Program-made: the position numbers and the translations under genes
Part shown: in pieces, positions 1-13,690 of the stretch
Layout of the letters: every line of letters begins with the position of its first letter
Position numbering within the stretch: position 1 is the stretch's first letter
Assembly: GCA_028534125.1 (NCBI GenBank)
Contig: CM052818.1
Coordinates: 23,066,001 to 23,130,000 of the forward strand
Reading direction: 5' to 3'
DNA length: 64,000 bases
From: Lama glama
Lineage: Eukaryota
The notes under the pieces: generated by a model
The model's input: the letters and a program-made list of their open reading frames with translations, nothing else
Databases searched by the model: none
What the model was told of the DNA's origin: nothing

Positions 1-117
1 CATACAATCTGTTGGTAATATTGTTTCAGGAATTTTGATTAATCCCATTTCATGTGATTCCCACTTAAAAAAAGAATAGAAACAAAATGTATGATGAATT
101 TAAAATTATACCCACTG

Positions 118-385
118 AGGGATAAACTGGGAGTTTGGCAGATACAAACTATTGTGTACAGAGTAAATAAACAGCAAAGTCCTCCTGTATAGCACAGGGA
201 ATTATATTCAATGGCTTGTAGTAACCTGTAATGATAAAGAATATGTGTATATATATATATGTGTGTGTGTGTATAGCTGAATCACTATGCTGTACATCAG
301 AAACCAATACAACATTGTAAATCAACTATACTTCAATTAAAAAGGGAAAAAATAAAATAAGCTACAAGAATAAACTGCCCCCCCC
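118..385 (+). mobile_element. 5'-truncated artiodactyl/camelid L1 3' end with TSD
   Basis: L1 3'UTR motifs (gtatagcacagggaattatattcaa ... ttgtaaatcaactatacttcaattaaaaa). Flanked by near-identical 15-mers aaattatacccactg (103-117) and aaattatacacactg (386-400). Confidence 0.9.
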
Positions 386-574
386 AAATTATACACACTG
401 CATTACTGAGTATATTCCTGACAGGAGAGAACTTCCATTTTGGTTTGATACCAATGAGGACCAAATTCTCTACTTACAGTTATACATGACTGATGATTAG
501 AAGAGTCTTCTCTAGACTAGCTTCTGGCTCTTGATGTTTCCAACTCTCTGTCTCCCATACTACCCACTTACTTC

Positions 575-947
575 CAGTGCCAGCCATGTGTTCATATCAC
601 GTTATGACCTCTAGCTCTGTACCTCCATGACAGGATGCCAGGTGAATCAGTGCAGAGGGTCATAGGAATATTCCTGGAATCTGTTGCTAGACAAAGACAG
701 CCAGCAATAACTTAATTAAGTGACCGTAGCCCATGTAAGTATGTTTCATTAAGCCTAAAATTAAGTGTATCCCCAACTCAGCTTTCCCTTAGCCAGATAC
801 CCAAAATATCCAGGGTCCCTCCAACACCATCTGACATAAAGGGAAATGTGATAAAGAGGAAATTGTAGTGGAAAGACACTTTCCTAGAGCCAGGGAAGAT
901 TCTCCTAGAACTTTAGTTTCATTCACTTCATGATAAATCTGCCTCTG
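575..947 (-). mobile_element. Old hAT-Tip100 DNA transposon fragment (MER115/Zaphod-like)
   Basis: Reverse complement begins cagaggcagatttatcatgaagtgaatgaa, resembling the recalled MER115/Zaphod terminus. Left boundary approximate. Confidence 0.5.
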
Positions 948-1199
948 TGTTAGTTACTTTTATTTTTGCAAAAGTAATCTGTGATCATCTTAACTAGTAA
1001 AGTCAACCAAAAGTTTATTAAAAACAAACAAAAAGGACAGGAAAAATGAAATAAATGTTCATTTAAAAATAGGACAAATTGGAGGAGAAAAACAGCAGTC
1101 ACTTATACACAGCAATTCCAGACTTCTGCTAGGATAGGTATTACGAAAGGTAAAGAAAGTTCTTTGCTTAAATACTACCCTTCTTTCCAAGGAACTCCC

Positions 1200-2360
1200 T
1201 TACCCACTGTACTCCATGACCCCTGGCTTTGCTGTTCAACAAGAAGAGGGTGTTGGGGAATATACCTTCCTTATAGGCTGCTCAGCTCACTTCCTACTAG
1301 TGCAAATATGGGATCCAAAGGTTACTTTCAACCCAAATAATCAAAGGAGTTCTTTGAGAACATAATTCCATCAAAAACTTGGTAGGTTTTTAATCTGTTT
1401 GCTTCCAGTAGGAACATGTGCCAATAACCACACCCAAGGTTCTTTCCTATACATGATTATGTCTTTGCTTTCTTTCCTCAGTTCCTCAGAAGACCATACT
1501 CTTAATTAGAGCTCTTCTGCGAGTCTGGGTCTAACTGGACCTTTGTTACTCAAAGGTTTTTAATATTTTGTTTCATCTCTCAGTGTCCCAAAGTAGTCAG
1601 CTTTCTAATCTTTTATCCCCCAAATTTCTGGACTTCTAACTCTTTTACTTCTGCTTACAAACTAGCCAGTTCTTGCTTGAGCTTTTTCATTTCTTGTAAT
1701 GCTTTACTAAAATTAGTAAAGAGTAGCCAACACACACTATCACTCTCTTCCCAGAACCTTCTTCTAGAGCTATAGGCTTACTAGGCAAGTAGTGTGCCAC
1801 CTTCTAAGTTGTCACAAGCAACAGTTGTAGCAAAGCTTTTGCTGTGACATAATAGAACTCTCCAGTATTCCAACTTCCAATATCTGTTTCCACACCATCC
1901 CTGACCAAACTGCAAATTCAAGGTCACATGTTTTAGGTTTTTTTTTTTTTCCTTAGAGCAGCATTCAACTTCAAGGCTCCATCTTCTGTATTAGTCAAGA
2001 TAGGCAGACTGGTATTAAAAACAATCCCAAAATTTCAGTTGGCTTAATATAATAATTTTTTTTCACTCTTACCACCATCCAATACAAATTATCAGGGATG
2101 CTGCTCCATAAAGTCATTCAGGGATCCAGGCTTTGTCTATCTTGGAGTCCACCCTTTTCAGCCAGCAAATAGGGATGATGATAGAAGAAAAGGAGGAAAA
2201 ATCAGGAAGATTTTATGATCCAGACATGGAAGTGCATGTCTCACTTTCATTCCCATTTCATGGTCCAGAATTAATTGCATGACCACACTTAACTGCAAGG
2301 GAGGCTACGAAATATAGTCTGTGTAACCATAAGGAAAAGAGAAACATTTTGGTGACAATG
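1200..2360 (-). mobile_element. MaLR MLT1 (I/J/K/L-type) LTR (1987-2360) plus adjoining MLT1 internal fragment (~1200-1986)
   Basis: LTR terminus tgtattagtc at 1987. MLT1 motifs gtcattcagggatccaggct and aactgcaagggaggct. The adjacent sequence on the minus strand resembles the MLT1-int start (aaacctaaaacatgtg). Confidence 0.7.
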
Positions 2361-2494
2361 AATCTGAGTTTCTCGCATATTCCTTTCCATAGCACTTATC
2401 AGAGTTGTAATTTTTCACTTACTGAAATTGATTATTCAGTTAGTGTCTCACCCATTAGGTTGTATACTACAAGAAGAGCTTTTAGCAAATAGGA

Positions 2495-2760
2495 GATGTA
2501 GAGCATCCCAGTGATTAAGATGTAGACTCTGGGGTCATACTGCCTAGATTAAAATCTCAGCTTCACCACTTACTGGCTATGTAACATTGGACAAATTACC
2601 AATTTCGCTGTGCCTCAGTTTTTTCACCTGTAAAATAAGAATAGTACTATTTCTCCTTCTAGAGTCGCTGAGGGGGTGCAGTAAGATGATACACATAAAG
2701 CCTTAGCACAGAGCCCTGTATGTTGTAAGTACTCGGTAAGTATTAGCTGCTGTTACTATT
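2495..2760 (+). mobile_element. MIR SINE, inserted into an L2 3' fragment (~2375-2830)
   Basis: MIR core tgtgcctcagttttttcacctgtaaaataag and 3' end aagccttagcacag...tattagctgctgttactatt. Confidence 0.85.
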
Positions 2761-2843
2761 GAAAGTGGGCTTGCTTTGTGTCTGTTTTCACTCACCAGGA
2801 TACCCTGAGTGCCTATTACAGAGCAGTTGAACGTTTACTAAGT

Positions 2844-3127
2844 TTTTTTGTTTTAGCTTTTGCTTTTATTTATTTATTTTTAACATTTTTTATTGTGTTA
2901 TAGTCACTTTACAATGCCATGTCGAATTCCAGTGCAGAGCACAGTTTTTCAGTTATACATGAACATACATATATTCATTGTCACTTTTTTTTTCGCTGTG
3001 AGCTGCCACAAGATCTTTTATATATTTCCCTGTGCTATACGGTATAATCTTGTTTATCTAGTCTACATATGCCTGTCAGTATCTACAAATTTTGAACTCC
3101 CAGTCTGTCTGTTCCCACTCCCTCCTC
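2844..3127 (-). mobile_element. Camelid-type L1 3' end, subfamily B, with TSD
   Basis: T-rich tail, then an antisense L1 3'UTR (ttcagttatacatgaacatacatatattcattgtcac, ttccctgtgctatac). TSD gaacgtttactaagt (2829-2843) / gaatgttcactaagt (3128-3142). Confidence 0.88.
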
Positions 3128-5384
3128 GAATGTTCACTAAGTATTGACCAAACATAGAAGAACTCTGAAAACTAGTCAATTTGAATACACTATTTCAACA
3201 ACCAATGCCTAACTGTTTTTAAGAAGCCAGTATTAATTTTTCTGTTTTGTATTGATCAAATTAGATCTGGCGAACTCTCTGATACTACCATAACAAAATG
3301 GAAGATTAAACATAAATCCCTTAAAATGAAAACACAGCTGCACATTATCATCCAAGACACATAAAAACCTCAATATACTAAACAGTTACCAATTCCTGGG
3401 TAGTGATTTGGATTCTTTGCTCTAACAAAGGATTTCTCTTTAGATTATTTTCAATACAGAACTCCCCTTACCCCTTATTTTCAGCCCTTTAAGTGCAAGT
3501 GCAGATGTTAAAATATGCAGAATTTTTAGGGAGCCTAATTATTGTGAAAGGCTTAGTGTAGCTATCAAATAATAAAAATTAAAAATATTTTCTTCATATA
3601 CAGAATCTTGACTCTCTGTTTGGTTACCTTCCCTTCTATGTCAAAATGAGGTGATTTTGGAAGGGGCTTCAGAATACTTGTGAAGGCACACAACACAACA
3701 CCTATTGTCAAAGCCTTGATCTAAGATTTGACGAAAAAGAAAAGATTCCTATACTGATTTCTTTGTTTTGCTCTCATTACCTAGATGACCTTGAAAAGAA
3801 CTAGAAATGCTTTTTGGCTTCTTGACATTCTCTCCCTCAGACATTTTTAAAGTGATGTCAAGAGTAACTAAGGTTTTGGGGGTTGTTCTTTTTTTTAAAG
3901 AATGCTGGGCTTTCTGCTCCTTTTATTTCATTGTCTTTATGCTATTTTTAAAACTAAACTGTATGGTCATGGAATTGTGTAGATTATATAAACCTATAGT
4001 CAGCATAAACATAAGCATGAGAGGAAAAAAATGTTTTTCTTTGGCCTTCAAAATCAGAAATTAACAATATCTGAGCAGGGGAAAAAAAGGGTTCTTTTAG
4101 TTCTTTGTTTTTATAATATGTTCAACATAAGCAGTGTATGAAAGAGTTCCAAGATCTGTAAGAGGCTAAATGGCAGTGTTGTTTTAGCTTCTAACCATAA
4201 AGAATGCCTAGGGATAACTTTAAAATTATTTCAAGAGAAAAAAAAGTGTAGGAGGATGTACCCCCACGTGTTAAAAAGTAGTTGCCTCTGGGAGGTGAAA
4301 TTGAGTGGGGGAAGGAAAATGTAGGGACAGATACAGGGGATTTCACTTTTACATACATGATTTTAATCATATCATTAACAAGTGTTAATTTTAAAAACCA
4401 TTAGAGAGTCAAAAAATGCATTGCAGTGCACATTAATTCACATACTCACCCACAAACTGTATCTGCAGAGACTGGTTTAAAATATCATGCTTATGAAATA
4501 ACTTTTACTGATCTTGGCACGATTGTTATCTTTCACCTGAAGTCTTACTGACCTCAGGGGAAAAAAAAATCAAGCAATTAGCAGTGCTGTAAATTCTTGG
4601 CAAGAGCTTATGAGATTGAAATCTATATTGTGGGGCTCACCAAACACGCCTCACTGAGGGGGAATTGCTGAGTGGATGCATGAGTGCGTGAGTGTGTGAA
4701 TTCCAACTGAGGTTAATTTTGGTAGCTCTGATGGTGTCATTCATGACTGACTAGCAGAGAGAAGAGACCCAGCCTGGGCTGCAGAGCTGGGTTTTCCCAG
4801 GGCTGACCCAGAATTTACGCCAAAGTGGGGCTTAGACATGTAGAGATTGTGGAACCAACTTTAAAGTTTCTTTCTATGTGCTAGGGCTTCATCACATTTA
4901 CAGGATGCTGGGTAAGCCTTAATAATAGCTAATAATTTTCATCTGTCCACCATAACTATGTACTTTTTCCCCATAAGGAATTCATAGCAGCCTCTCACAA
5001 AATCGAAATTCTGCAGGGAAATACTTTTAAATAGCAATGTTATAGTGGAAAGCAGCCAATCAGGGAAATTCAACTCTCAAAATTAATAACACAGGAAGTT
5101 CTCTACTTGCAAATAAAATATTTCCAAAAGGTCATCTGCAAGTCAGCTGTTTGAAATTAGGAACAATGCTATAAATGATGGTTAGATTTCCACTTAGCCC
5201 CCAAAACATGTAGCATACTGATCCTAACCCGCCTTAAAACCACATTGATGACAACCTTACTTAAAAGTTTTGAACCAGACAGGTCTGTAATTGAATCCTG
5301 TTCATTATAAGCATCTGTGAGTGGATGTTGTAACTCACAACACCATTCCAACCTTCAAAGAGCTGATTCACAAATGCCATGGAT

Positions 5385-5515
5385 AGATTTTATTATACCC
5401 ATTTTTCAGATCAGGAAAATAAGTCTCAAGAATATATAACTTGAAAGGGGGAATATCAGAGTTTGAACCCATATCAATCCACATCTGAAGGCCAAGCTCT
5501 TTTTGCTGGACCAGG
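5385..5515 (-). mobile_element. MIR fragment
   Basis: attatacccatttttcagatcaggaaaataag ... gtttgaaccc (antisense MIR core). Confidence 0.65.
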
Positions 5516-5837
5516 TCGCCTCATAGTCTCATTGGAACTCTATTGTGGAGATCCTTGAATGCCAGGCTGAGACGTCTACATTGTAGTCTTCGCAGCAGAG
5601 GATAAGATCAATGTGTTGCTATAGAAAAACTAACCTGTGCGTGGATAAACTGGAGGAGGCACTGGAAGTGAAGGATGCAATTCAGAGGCTGGAACAGGCG
5701 TGCAGGAACTGCATAAAGGTCCAAGAAGAAAACAGTGTGAAGGAACACAACAAATGAATGAACAAACACATCCTTGCAAACCTGGATGACAAATTGCCTC
5801 AGAAGCTGAAGGAGAAGAAGCAGAAGAAGTACCCCCA

Positions 5838-5963
5838 GGGGAGGGTATAGCTCAGTGGCAGAGTGTGTGTCTAGCATGCATGAGGTCCTAGGTTCAAGCC
5901 CCAGTACCTCTGTTAAAAAACAAATAAACCTAACTACCTTCTCTCTCAGACAAAAAAAAAAAA
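5838..5963 (+). mobile_element. Vic-1-like tRNA-derived SINE (camelid)
   Basis: ggggagggtatagctcagtggcagag (A box) ... ggttcaagccccagtacctc (B box), then aaataaacctaactacc and a poly-A tail. Confidence 0.9.
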
Positions 5964-6050
5964 GTCATCCAAGTTCAGCTCCCAGGAATGGAGAGAGTGG
6001 CATTAAATGCAAATGGGAATTTAAAGAGAAAAGAAAATATAGTGATTAAT

Positions 6051-6515
6051 TGTCATTTTTTGGTTAGCCTGTGTTAGATACCCTTTCTTTCTGTGGGAAG
6101 CTGAAGGGAATCAAGAGTCCTCTTTGGCAGCTGGAGTCCAGGCACATGACCTAGACCAACTGGAAGCCCCAGCCCAGGTATTTTAATCTGGGGGAATAAC
6201 ACAAAAATCAGCAGTTAGGGAATGCGCTGGAAGGTGGTTGAGAAATCGAAGAGCAGCTCTGATCGTGTGCAGGGAAAGGAAGAGGGGACAGCCAGCTGCA
6301 AGGCAGCGTCCTCAACAGGCTCCTCCTATGGAGTGAACTTGGCTGTGCTTCCTGTGCCCTGGACTGCCTGGGTTCCTGCCCATTTTCCATGCTTGGTCCT
6401 CTGGCTTCCCTGTCAACCCAGTGAGCTACCTGATATCCTCCCAGTGCATTCATTTTCTGCGTGAGTTAGCCAGAGTGGTTTCCTTTGTTTGCAGTTGAGA
6501 ACCTTGTGTTGTAAA
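6051..6515 (+). mobile_element. ERVL LTR, LTR33A/B-like
   Basis: 3' part gtgagctacctgatatcctccca...ttttctgcgtgagttagccagagtggtttcc...tgcagttgagaacc resembles the recalled LTR33-family end. Confidence 0.65.
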
Positions 6516-6539
6516 AACACTGCCTTCAGTTTTAAAACG

Positions 6540-7065
6540 GACGGCGTGGGCATCACGAGCAAATGCCCAGAAGGAAGCATCCAGCGCATGGTTTAAAAAT
6601 GTGAGATTCCAGCTTAGGAGACGGTTGGGTCTGCGAATATAGATTTAGGATACTTCTAAACAGAGCCAAGGATTTAGGCCACGAAAAATTATCAAAGGAA
6701 AAGTTTTGAGAGAAAGAGAGAGAAAAAATGGAAGTGAGCAATGTGCAGAAATGGAGGGACCAACAAAATTTAGGAGGCAAGAGAACGAGTCAGGGAAGAA
6801 GCAGTAACAGCCATGGAAGGCAAATCACGCCACTGTCATATCACAGAGCCAAGACTTTAAAAAACTGACGGAAATCAGATGCTATTAAATGCTGCAGAGA
6901 CCAAGGATGATGGGAACTGAGAAAGGGGCACTAGATCTAGTGTTTAGGAGATCATTGGTCTTCAGAGAGCTGTTTTTATCGTGATGGTGGAAAAAGAAAT
7001 CAGGTTGCAGTGGAGGAAAGACTGGGAGGCTGGTGTGAAAGCTGAAGGAGAAAATATAGGCTAGA
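6540..7065 (-). mobile_element. L2 LINE fragment (continuation of L2 pieces at ~5545-6050)
   Basis: aaatgctgcagaga...gatgggaactgagaaag...ggagatcattggtcttcagagagctgttt (antisense L2). Confidence 0.7.
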
Positions 7066-7077
7066 GTTTAAAGAAAT

Positions 7078-7182
7078 TTGGCAGGACTTGTCTGTCTTGT
7101 TTACTGCTGTGTTCCCAGCTCCTAGACGAGTACCTGGCTTATGGCAAGTGCTCCATAAATATTTGTTTAATGAATGAATAAA
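7078..7182 (+). mobile_element. L2 3' terminus
   Basis: gcaggacttgtctgtcttgtttactgctgtgttcccagctcctag...gtgctccataaatatttgtttaatgaatgaat. Confidence 0.85.
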
Positions 7183-9094
7183 GAAGAGCAGAAGCGAAAA
7201 ATTAACTTGAGCTGAGGTATGATAAAGGCACACATTTTTAGAATTGGGGGTACCTAAGTCTACTTGCAAGCCAGGGTTACCAAGTCCTCTCTCCCACTTC
7301 CTCCTTGGGCTGGAGAGCATCATTTCCTAGCCTCTCACTAGTCACCTGCTAGCTGCTTTCCCCCCACCTCATACTACTATCCTCCTGACGCCACTGTTCA
7401 GTTTGTTTGTTCTATAAGCTAATACAACAGCCATTCCCTAGAGAACAACTTCTTGTCCTTATTAATTTCTTGTTTTTCTCAGAACATTCTTTCTTTCACT
7501 AATTTATACTCCATACAGAGTTAAGTCAAATATTCCTCACCCATATTTATTTTGTCCCATACCACAGTAGAAGCTCAGTAAGCTATTGTGACCTGATAAA
7601 ACTAAGTCTGATTAACTGTAAACTTAATTTCACATATCCCATTAGATAATACCTTGATTGCACATTTCTATAAATTCACTATGGTCCTTTAAAACACCAA
7701 ATTTTAAATCTAATATCCAAATGACCAAATACAGCATCAAGACCTTGTAAGGAAATCTTATAGAAGCATAAAGTTAACGTGGCCTCTGATTTAAATAATA
7801 AGAAACATAAAATGTTAAGATTTATTTCATTTTCAATCTTTCTCCAAATGTCATAAGTCTGAGTAAAGAACAAGCATTTAAAAGATAAATTTTAACTAGA
7901 AATGTAAGAAGTCATAAGTGGTTCTTAAGTGCAATGCAACATTTGGACTATAATTGTAAGATTAAAGACCCGGAGGGTTCTCATCCTTGTTTTATGGTTC
8001 TTCACGGATGTAATTGAAGCACATAAAGCTTTTCCAATGAATTTAAGAAACATTTTTTTCTTTTTGCCTGCAAACTTCAGGGAAGGAGTCTTTTAGTGCC
8101 TGTCACAGGTTCATCAGAGCAGTAAGCTGTATGGGTGTTACTGTATCAATTTGCCTTTAGACTGTCTGATTATATGGGGGAAAAGATAAGAAGAAATAGA
8201 AAATGAATAATTTGCTTTTGATCATGTCATTCCCTTTAGTTTCTTTTCTTAGTAATTTTATGTACGTGTACATGCAAACAGAATGCATTTGAGTGCATGT
8301 GTGCATATGTGTGTGTGCATGCTTCGAGACAGATAGTCAAAAAGATTTTGTATCATTCCTCACCCTCCTCCTAGTCTAAAACTTGGTTTTGCCCACACTG
8401 AGTACATCATTAAGGTGGGAATGGTCTATTATGCAGAGCATTTCCAGTTGCATTGGCCAGTGAAGCTCACCATCAAAGTCCTTGCAGTCACAACAGGGGT
8501 TTGTCATGCTGGGGTCCTGGGGACTTGCACTTAACTAAACAGTCATTTTGGGATAAGGCTTCCCTGGCCACTTCTCTTCAGCTGAAACTGTGAGAGTTGA
8601 AGTTTGGGGAAGATCTGTGAATCTGTTAGTCTATGAACTAAAATGAGAATGAGATTACCTCAGACCTGAAACCTTCTTTCCAAAATGGTGGCATTTTTGC
8701 ATCAGCCTGTGCAGAGAGACATGACCTTGTACAGATAATCCATGATGTGAGGCGGGCCATTCTTGCCCAAGAGTGAGTAGTCATCCCTGTGGGAAGAGCC
8801 TCAGGGGCTTCCTGGGGACAAAGGTGTGGGAAAGGCATCTTCTCATCAGTGCCAGTCTGGGTCATCCAGTGTTCTGCACAAAACCAGGCTCACTGCACTG
8901 GCCCAACGGCAGGTCAAGGAATGTAAGCAAAATACATGAGTAGGCAAAGTACATTTCTTGCCTGAAGGAAGAAACACAAGTCACCAATAATTCTGTAGAA
9001 GATCAAGAATGATTCAAAGGCAGTACAAATTAATATGAGGAGACATTATTTGCCAGAAATCAAATTGGGAACTTTCTTAAAAAGAAAAAAAACA

Positions 9095-9620
9095 TTTAGT
9101 GTAGGTGAGGAGGCAGGTAAACAAGTAGTTTACATATTGCTAATAGGTGTGTAAACTGGTCAACATTTCTGGAGGGCACGTTAGTACTATTTATCAAAAG
9201 CCCTAAAATTGACCACCTTTAACTTAGCAACTTCATTTTGAGGAATTAGTCCAATGGAAATAATCAGAGCTAGTACAAAGATTTGTCTACCAAGAAGTCT
9301 CCTCACCATATTACTTTTAATGGTGCAAAATCAGAAACAACCTACAAGAAGAAAAAAAGAGATTACAAAGTAATACTGTATGATCTCAGGATTACAAAAG
9401 AGATGATTGTACATACATAGATCTATGGATTAAAAAGTGAAAAAGATTGTAAATCAACTACTCAATTAAAAAAACCAAAACCTAACCAAACAAAAAAACG
9501 TGAAAAAAAGTCTACGAAAATGTTAATAGCAGCAATCTGTGGGTTCTGGAATTATGGGCGATTTATACCTTATTCTTTGGACTTGTTTCTCTCTCTCTAA
9601 TGCATATGCATTTCTTTGGT
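9095..9620 (+). mobile_element. Old L1ME 3' fragment carrying a ~50 bp young L1 tail (9446-9497)
   Basis: gtgtgtaaactggtcaacatttctggagggca...ctttaacttagcaacttcatttt. Nested attgtaaatcaactactcaattaaaaa tail between aaaaagtgaaaaag and aaaacgtgaaaaaaag. Confidence 0.65.
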
Positions 9621-10624
9621 AGTCAGCAACAGTATTGTTAAAAACAAACAAACAGATAAAACAAATAAAAGGAAATGTGCAGCACTAGTCCAGGTTCTTT
9701 CAGGATTTAGTTACGATTCAGGAGATGCAGCTAAACTTCCTGCTTAGTTTTCACAACTGCTCAGTGGAAGATTTGTGATGTCAAGTGTGGGAAGTGCAGA
9801 ACAGAGCTCTACGGTACTTCTAGAGAACTGCCTCCGAGGAATTAATGAAGTCAGAGACACTGAACAGCTCGCAGAGAACAGTTTGCTCCCATTTGGGAGC
9901 AGGGTTAGCAACATGGTAAATGTTTCCGAGTGGACTGTGCTTTATATGTGCCTGCCCACTTGGGGTGCTGGCAGCTCAGAGCTGCCCACGGTTATCCTTG
10001 AACTGTGAAACACGTTTAAGGGAGAGCCAGGACAGCTGGTGTGAGCACACCATTTGTCATGTTCCTCTCACGGCTCTGCCATCAACTCCGCCCCTGAAAT
10101 TCGTTATGTTCCAGTGGACAACGTTAGATAAGTCAGCCTGGTCCTCTATGTGGTCTCTGTGCCCCCATCACATTTTCCCATCAATATTCCCCATAGTGAT
10201 ATGTAAGATCATGGTTCCCATAAGTAAGTTATGACATAGCAGGCATTTACCTGGAGCCAGCCTACCTGCTTGTGGGGGTAAGCTTGAGAGAGTTAGAGAC
10301 AAGGTTTTCCCTCAGTCATGCCACCAAAAGATGGACTATTTCACCTTGCTTTCAGAGCAGAGGGAAGCTAGAGAGTTCTCTCTGTAAGGAATGTCAGTGT
10401 TTCCTCACAGCCAGACCTGCCAAAGAAACACTACTGTGGAGGTCAAGAAAGGCAATTCTTTCGACATGGAAATTGAGACATATTTTCTTAGTGAAATCTC
10501 TTGGTAATGAGCAAATGCCTTCCTGTGTCTGTCACATTTAGCCTCTTTAAATGCACACCCCCAGATGTGCACGTCACCCCATGAAGATGCGGGCATGGTG
10601 GTTATGGAGCCCTTCTGGGTACGA

Positions 10625-10989
10625 TGTTTCTGGCAGGCAATTTGTCAGTCTGTATCAAAAGCCTAAAACTGCTCACACTATTTGCCATAGAAAATAGATT
10701 TCTGAGAACTTATCTTGAGAAATAATTTTTTAATATGCAAAGAAGAATATGGAAGAATGTTCACTGCAATGTTATTTACAAAAGAGAAAAATCGAAAAGA
10801 AGTCCAATAATTGGAATTAGTAAATCACAGCATAATCATGCCACAGGGTACTAAGAGACCGTCATTCATCATATATTTGTTATGTACTTGAATAATGTTT
10901 AAGGATACTAAGAAAGGTTCATGATATAAATTTTAGTGAAAAAGTATATACCGTGAATCCTATGTTGATATAAATTCTATACACATACA

Positions 10990-11023
<34 letters not shown>

Positions 11024-11110
11024 AGGGAGAGAGATTACCCAGATTTTCCAGTTTTATTGGATTACCTTCTTTTCCCTTTTTCCAGGTATTTGCATATTCC
11101 CCAATCCACG
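10625..11110 (+). mobile_element. Old L1ME 3' fragment
   Basis: tttctggcaggcaatttgtcagtctgtatcaaaagcc ... aatgttcactgcaatgttatttacaaaag. Confidence 0.6.
10993..11021. repeat. (CA)n microsatellite
   Basis: About 14 perfect AC units. Confidence 0.97.
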
Positions 11111-11844
11111 CTGGTTTCCCCTGATCACCTTACACTCAGCAGCCCTGCTCTAGAATTCTTCCCCAGACACCTCTGGCCATCTCATAACCGTTTTTCCAGC
11201 TGGCTATCACTCTCTAACATCTACCTTACCATGAAATGTGAAAACCTTCCTTCCATTTCCCAAGACGCCGCTAACAGAAGGCTGCAATTTTAACAAACTT
11301 CATGAAGTCTTAAGGATTACAGCAGGGAATTACAGTGCAGAAAAAGAAAACTTAAAAGTGGATATTGGATATCAGTGATCCTAAAGCTCCCCTGTCAGGC
11401 TCCTGCCAGGGGCTCCCGCCTGACAGTCCCTCCCCTGAGCTCTCAGCCCCCCACTGTGGTGCGGGAGCTTGCCCCACCCTCCTGGATGGGAGTCTCCTCT
11501 AGTCTTCTGGACCCGAGTTCTGGGGCCCCAACTTCTTATTTTGGACCATCAATAGAGGAAATGAGACATTACAGTAATCTGGACAAAGGTACATCTATCC
11601 CCAATAAAAACAGCTCTTTGTGTTATTAAGTCCAAACCTCATCATCTCCAACTAAAACATCTGCATTTGGATGACTCCACCAGTTCAGGGCATCCCCAAG
11701 AACAACCGGTTGCCACTTCTTTGGGGTCCTCAGGAACATAAAAACAGTTGTCACTAAAGACATAGTCTACCTTCCATCTTTAGAACATTCAAGAAAAATT
11801 TCAAAAATTTGCAATACACAGTTTCAGATACATAATCACAACAA

Positions 11845-12093
11845 ACACTAAATAAATTTCCACTATGCCCCAGGCACAGTTTTAAACACTGAACATACAT
11901 TAATTCATGAATCTTCATGAGACTCCTCTATGGTAAATGCTATCATTAATATCCCCATTTGGATGGGAAATTAAGACAGAGAGCAGTTAAATAATTTACC
12001 CAAAGTCCCAGAGCCAGGAAGTTGTGAAGCAAGGCTATTGCTACGTAGTTTCATTCTAGAGATTTCACTACTCTTAGCTACATTATACTGCCT
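11845..12093 (-). mobile_element. MIR SINE
   Basis: ccaggcacagttttaaacact ... atccccattt ... gttaaataatttacccaaagtcccagagcc. Confidence 0.85.
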
Positions 12094-12534
12094 TGCAGGA
12101 TGGAAGGAGGGGAAGAAAGTACTGCAACATGGTGACTTGAGTTTTTCAGTATTTTTCAAATGGCCTAAAAGGAACTTTACCTTTAGAATTGGGAACTAGA
12201 ATATATTATATCTATAATGTATCTATACCATCTATATCCATATCTATAGCTATACCTATGAATGTGTTAGAGAAATAAAGAGCCACTCTGGGCATCACAC
12301 CTTCATCTCCCTAATCCATGCTGACCCCCTCCTACTTAACCACTGTAGTAGACATCTTTTCCCTAAGAAATGCTGCTTGCCTACGTGAGTCGTCCCCAGG
12401 GAACTATGTTTATGTGACCTCATGCGTTGGCTTCAGTTGATTAAACAAGGAGACCCCCAACTCACTTCGGACCAATACAATTTTCTTACCTGAAGATTTC
12501 AAGTTGGAACTGAGAAAGCCAGCCAGTCAATCTG

Positions 12535-12929
12535 GGCTAGTCTCTTGTTAGTGCTGTAACAACCACTTCCCGAATTTCAGTAGCTTAAGTTTATTTCTCA
12601 ATCACGTCACAGTTCAATGTAGTCAGTGGAGATGGGAAAATGCTTTGCTCCATAAATTTTATCAAGTACCCAGGCTCATTTTTCATCTAGTGGTTCAATT
12701 TTGTTTCTAAGGCTTTAGTCAGAGGAAGAAGAGGATGGAGGGATGTGGAGTAGATTATTTTTAATTGGTCAGACCTGGAAGTAGTATGCATCACTTTTGT
12801 CCACATTTCACTGGCCATAACTCATCACAGGACCCCACCTAATTGCAAAGGATTCTGGAAAATGTCATCTAGTTATATGCCCAGAAAGAAGAGAACGGAT
12901 AGGAGATCATCTAGTTAGTCTCTGTCACA
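12535..12929 (-). mobile_element. MLT1 (I/J-type) LTR nested in an older ERVL-type LTR (~12265-13825)
   Basis: agacctggaagtagtatgcatcacttttgtccacatttcactggcca...aattgcaaaggattctggaaaatgtcatctag, ending tctctgtcaca. Confidence 0.75.
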
Positions 12930-13164
12930 ACAGACACATTTTGAACTGTGGGGTTCCTAGTCTGCAATGCACATGAAAAAGCTAAGAAGGCTGGTTTGTA
13001 GAGAGACAGGAATGAAGCAGATGTCCACAGGGAAGCAGAGGTGACAGCCCGAGAGAGAGAGAAGCGGGGATGTGGAAAATTGTCCGGTTTTCTCTTCCTG
13101 GCTTTCCACTTTGGGACACAACTTTTTTGTTCATTTGTTTTGCTTTGTTCTGTTTTCGTATACA

Positions 13165-13690
13165 TACAATTTTTGTAATAACAGCTTAAGATATAATTCA
13201 CATGTGATAAAATTCAACCTTTTTGAAGTCTACAACTGAGTTGTTTTTAGTATGTTCAGAGTAGCACAACAACCATCACTATCCAGCTCCTGACCACTTT
13301 TATCTCCCCCAGAAGAAACTCCAGGCCCGTTAGCAGTCACTCCCATCCCCCACTCTGCTAAGCTCCTAGCAACCAAATAGGATCATCCAACATGTGACCT
13401 CTTGCCTCTAGTTCTTTCACTTATTCAAGGTTCATCCATGTTGCAGTACGTATCAGAACTTCATTTCTTTTACGACCCAGTTATATTCCATTGTACAGGT
13501 ATACTAATTGCTTTGTCCATTCATCAGTTGATGGACATTTGAGTCGCTTCCACTCTTTGCCTATTACAAATAACACTGTTGTGCACACTGCTGCACAAGT
13601 TTTTGTGTGCATGTATGTTTTCACAGGAGGAGAATCACTGGGTCATATGGCAACAACACTACAATTAACATTTTGAGGCACTGACACTAG
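13165..13690 (-). mobile_element. L1MB-type 3' fragment
   Basis: agatataattcaca..., ttagcagtcactccc, caaggttcatccatgttgcag, ccattcatcagttgatggacatttg. Confidence 0.85.

Noticed and set aside
5838..5910. tRNA-Ala-like gene (also 59245-59318 and 59590-59662)
   Set aside because: A and B boxes are present, but the stems are degenerate and each copy has an A-rich SINE tail. These are SINEs, not tRNA genes.
7654..8706. Two small minus-strand AG...GT segments with an open frame (~7654-7744 and ~8659-8706)
   Set aside because: Splice signals of this quality are common by chance, and the peptides are not recognisable.
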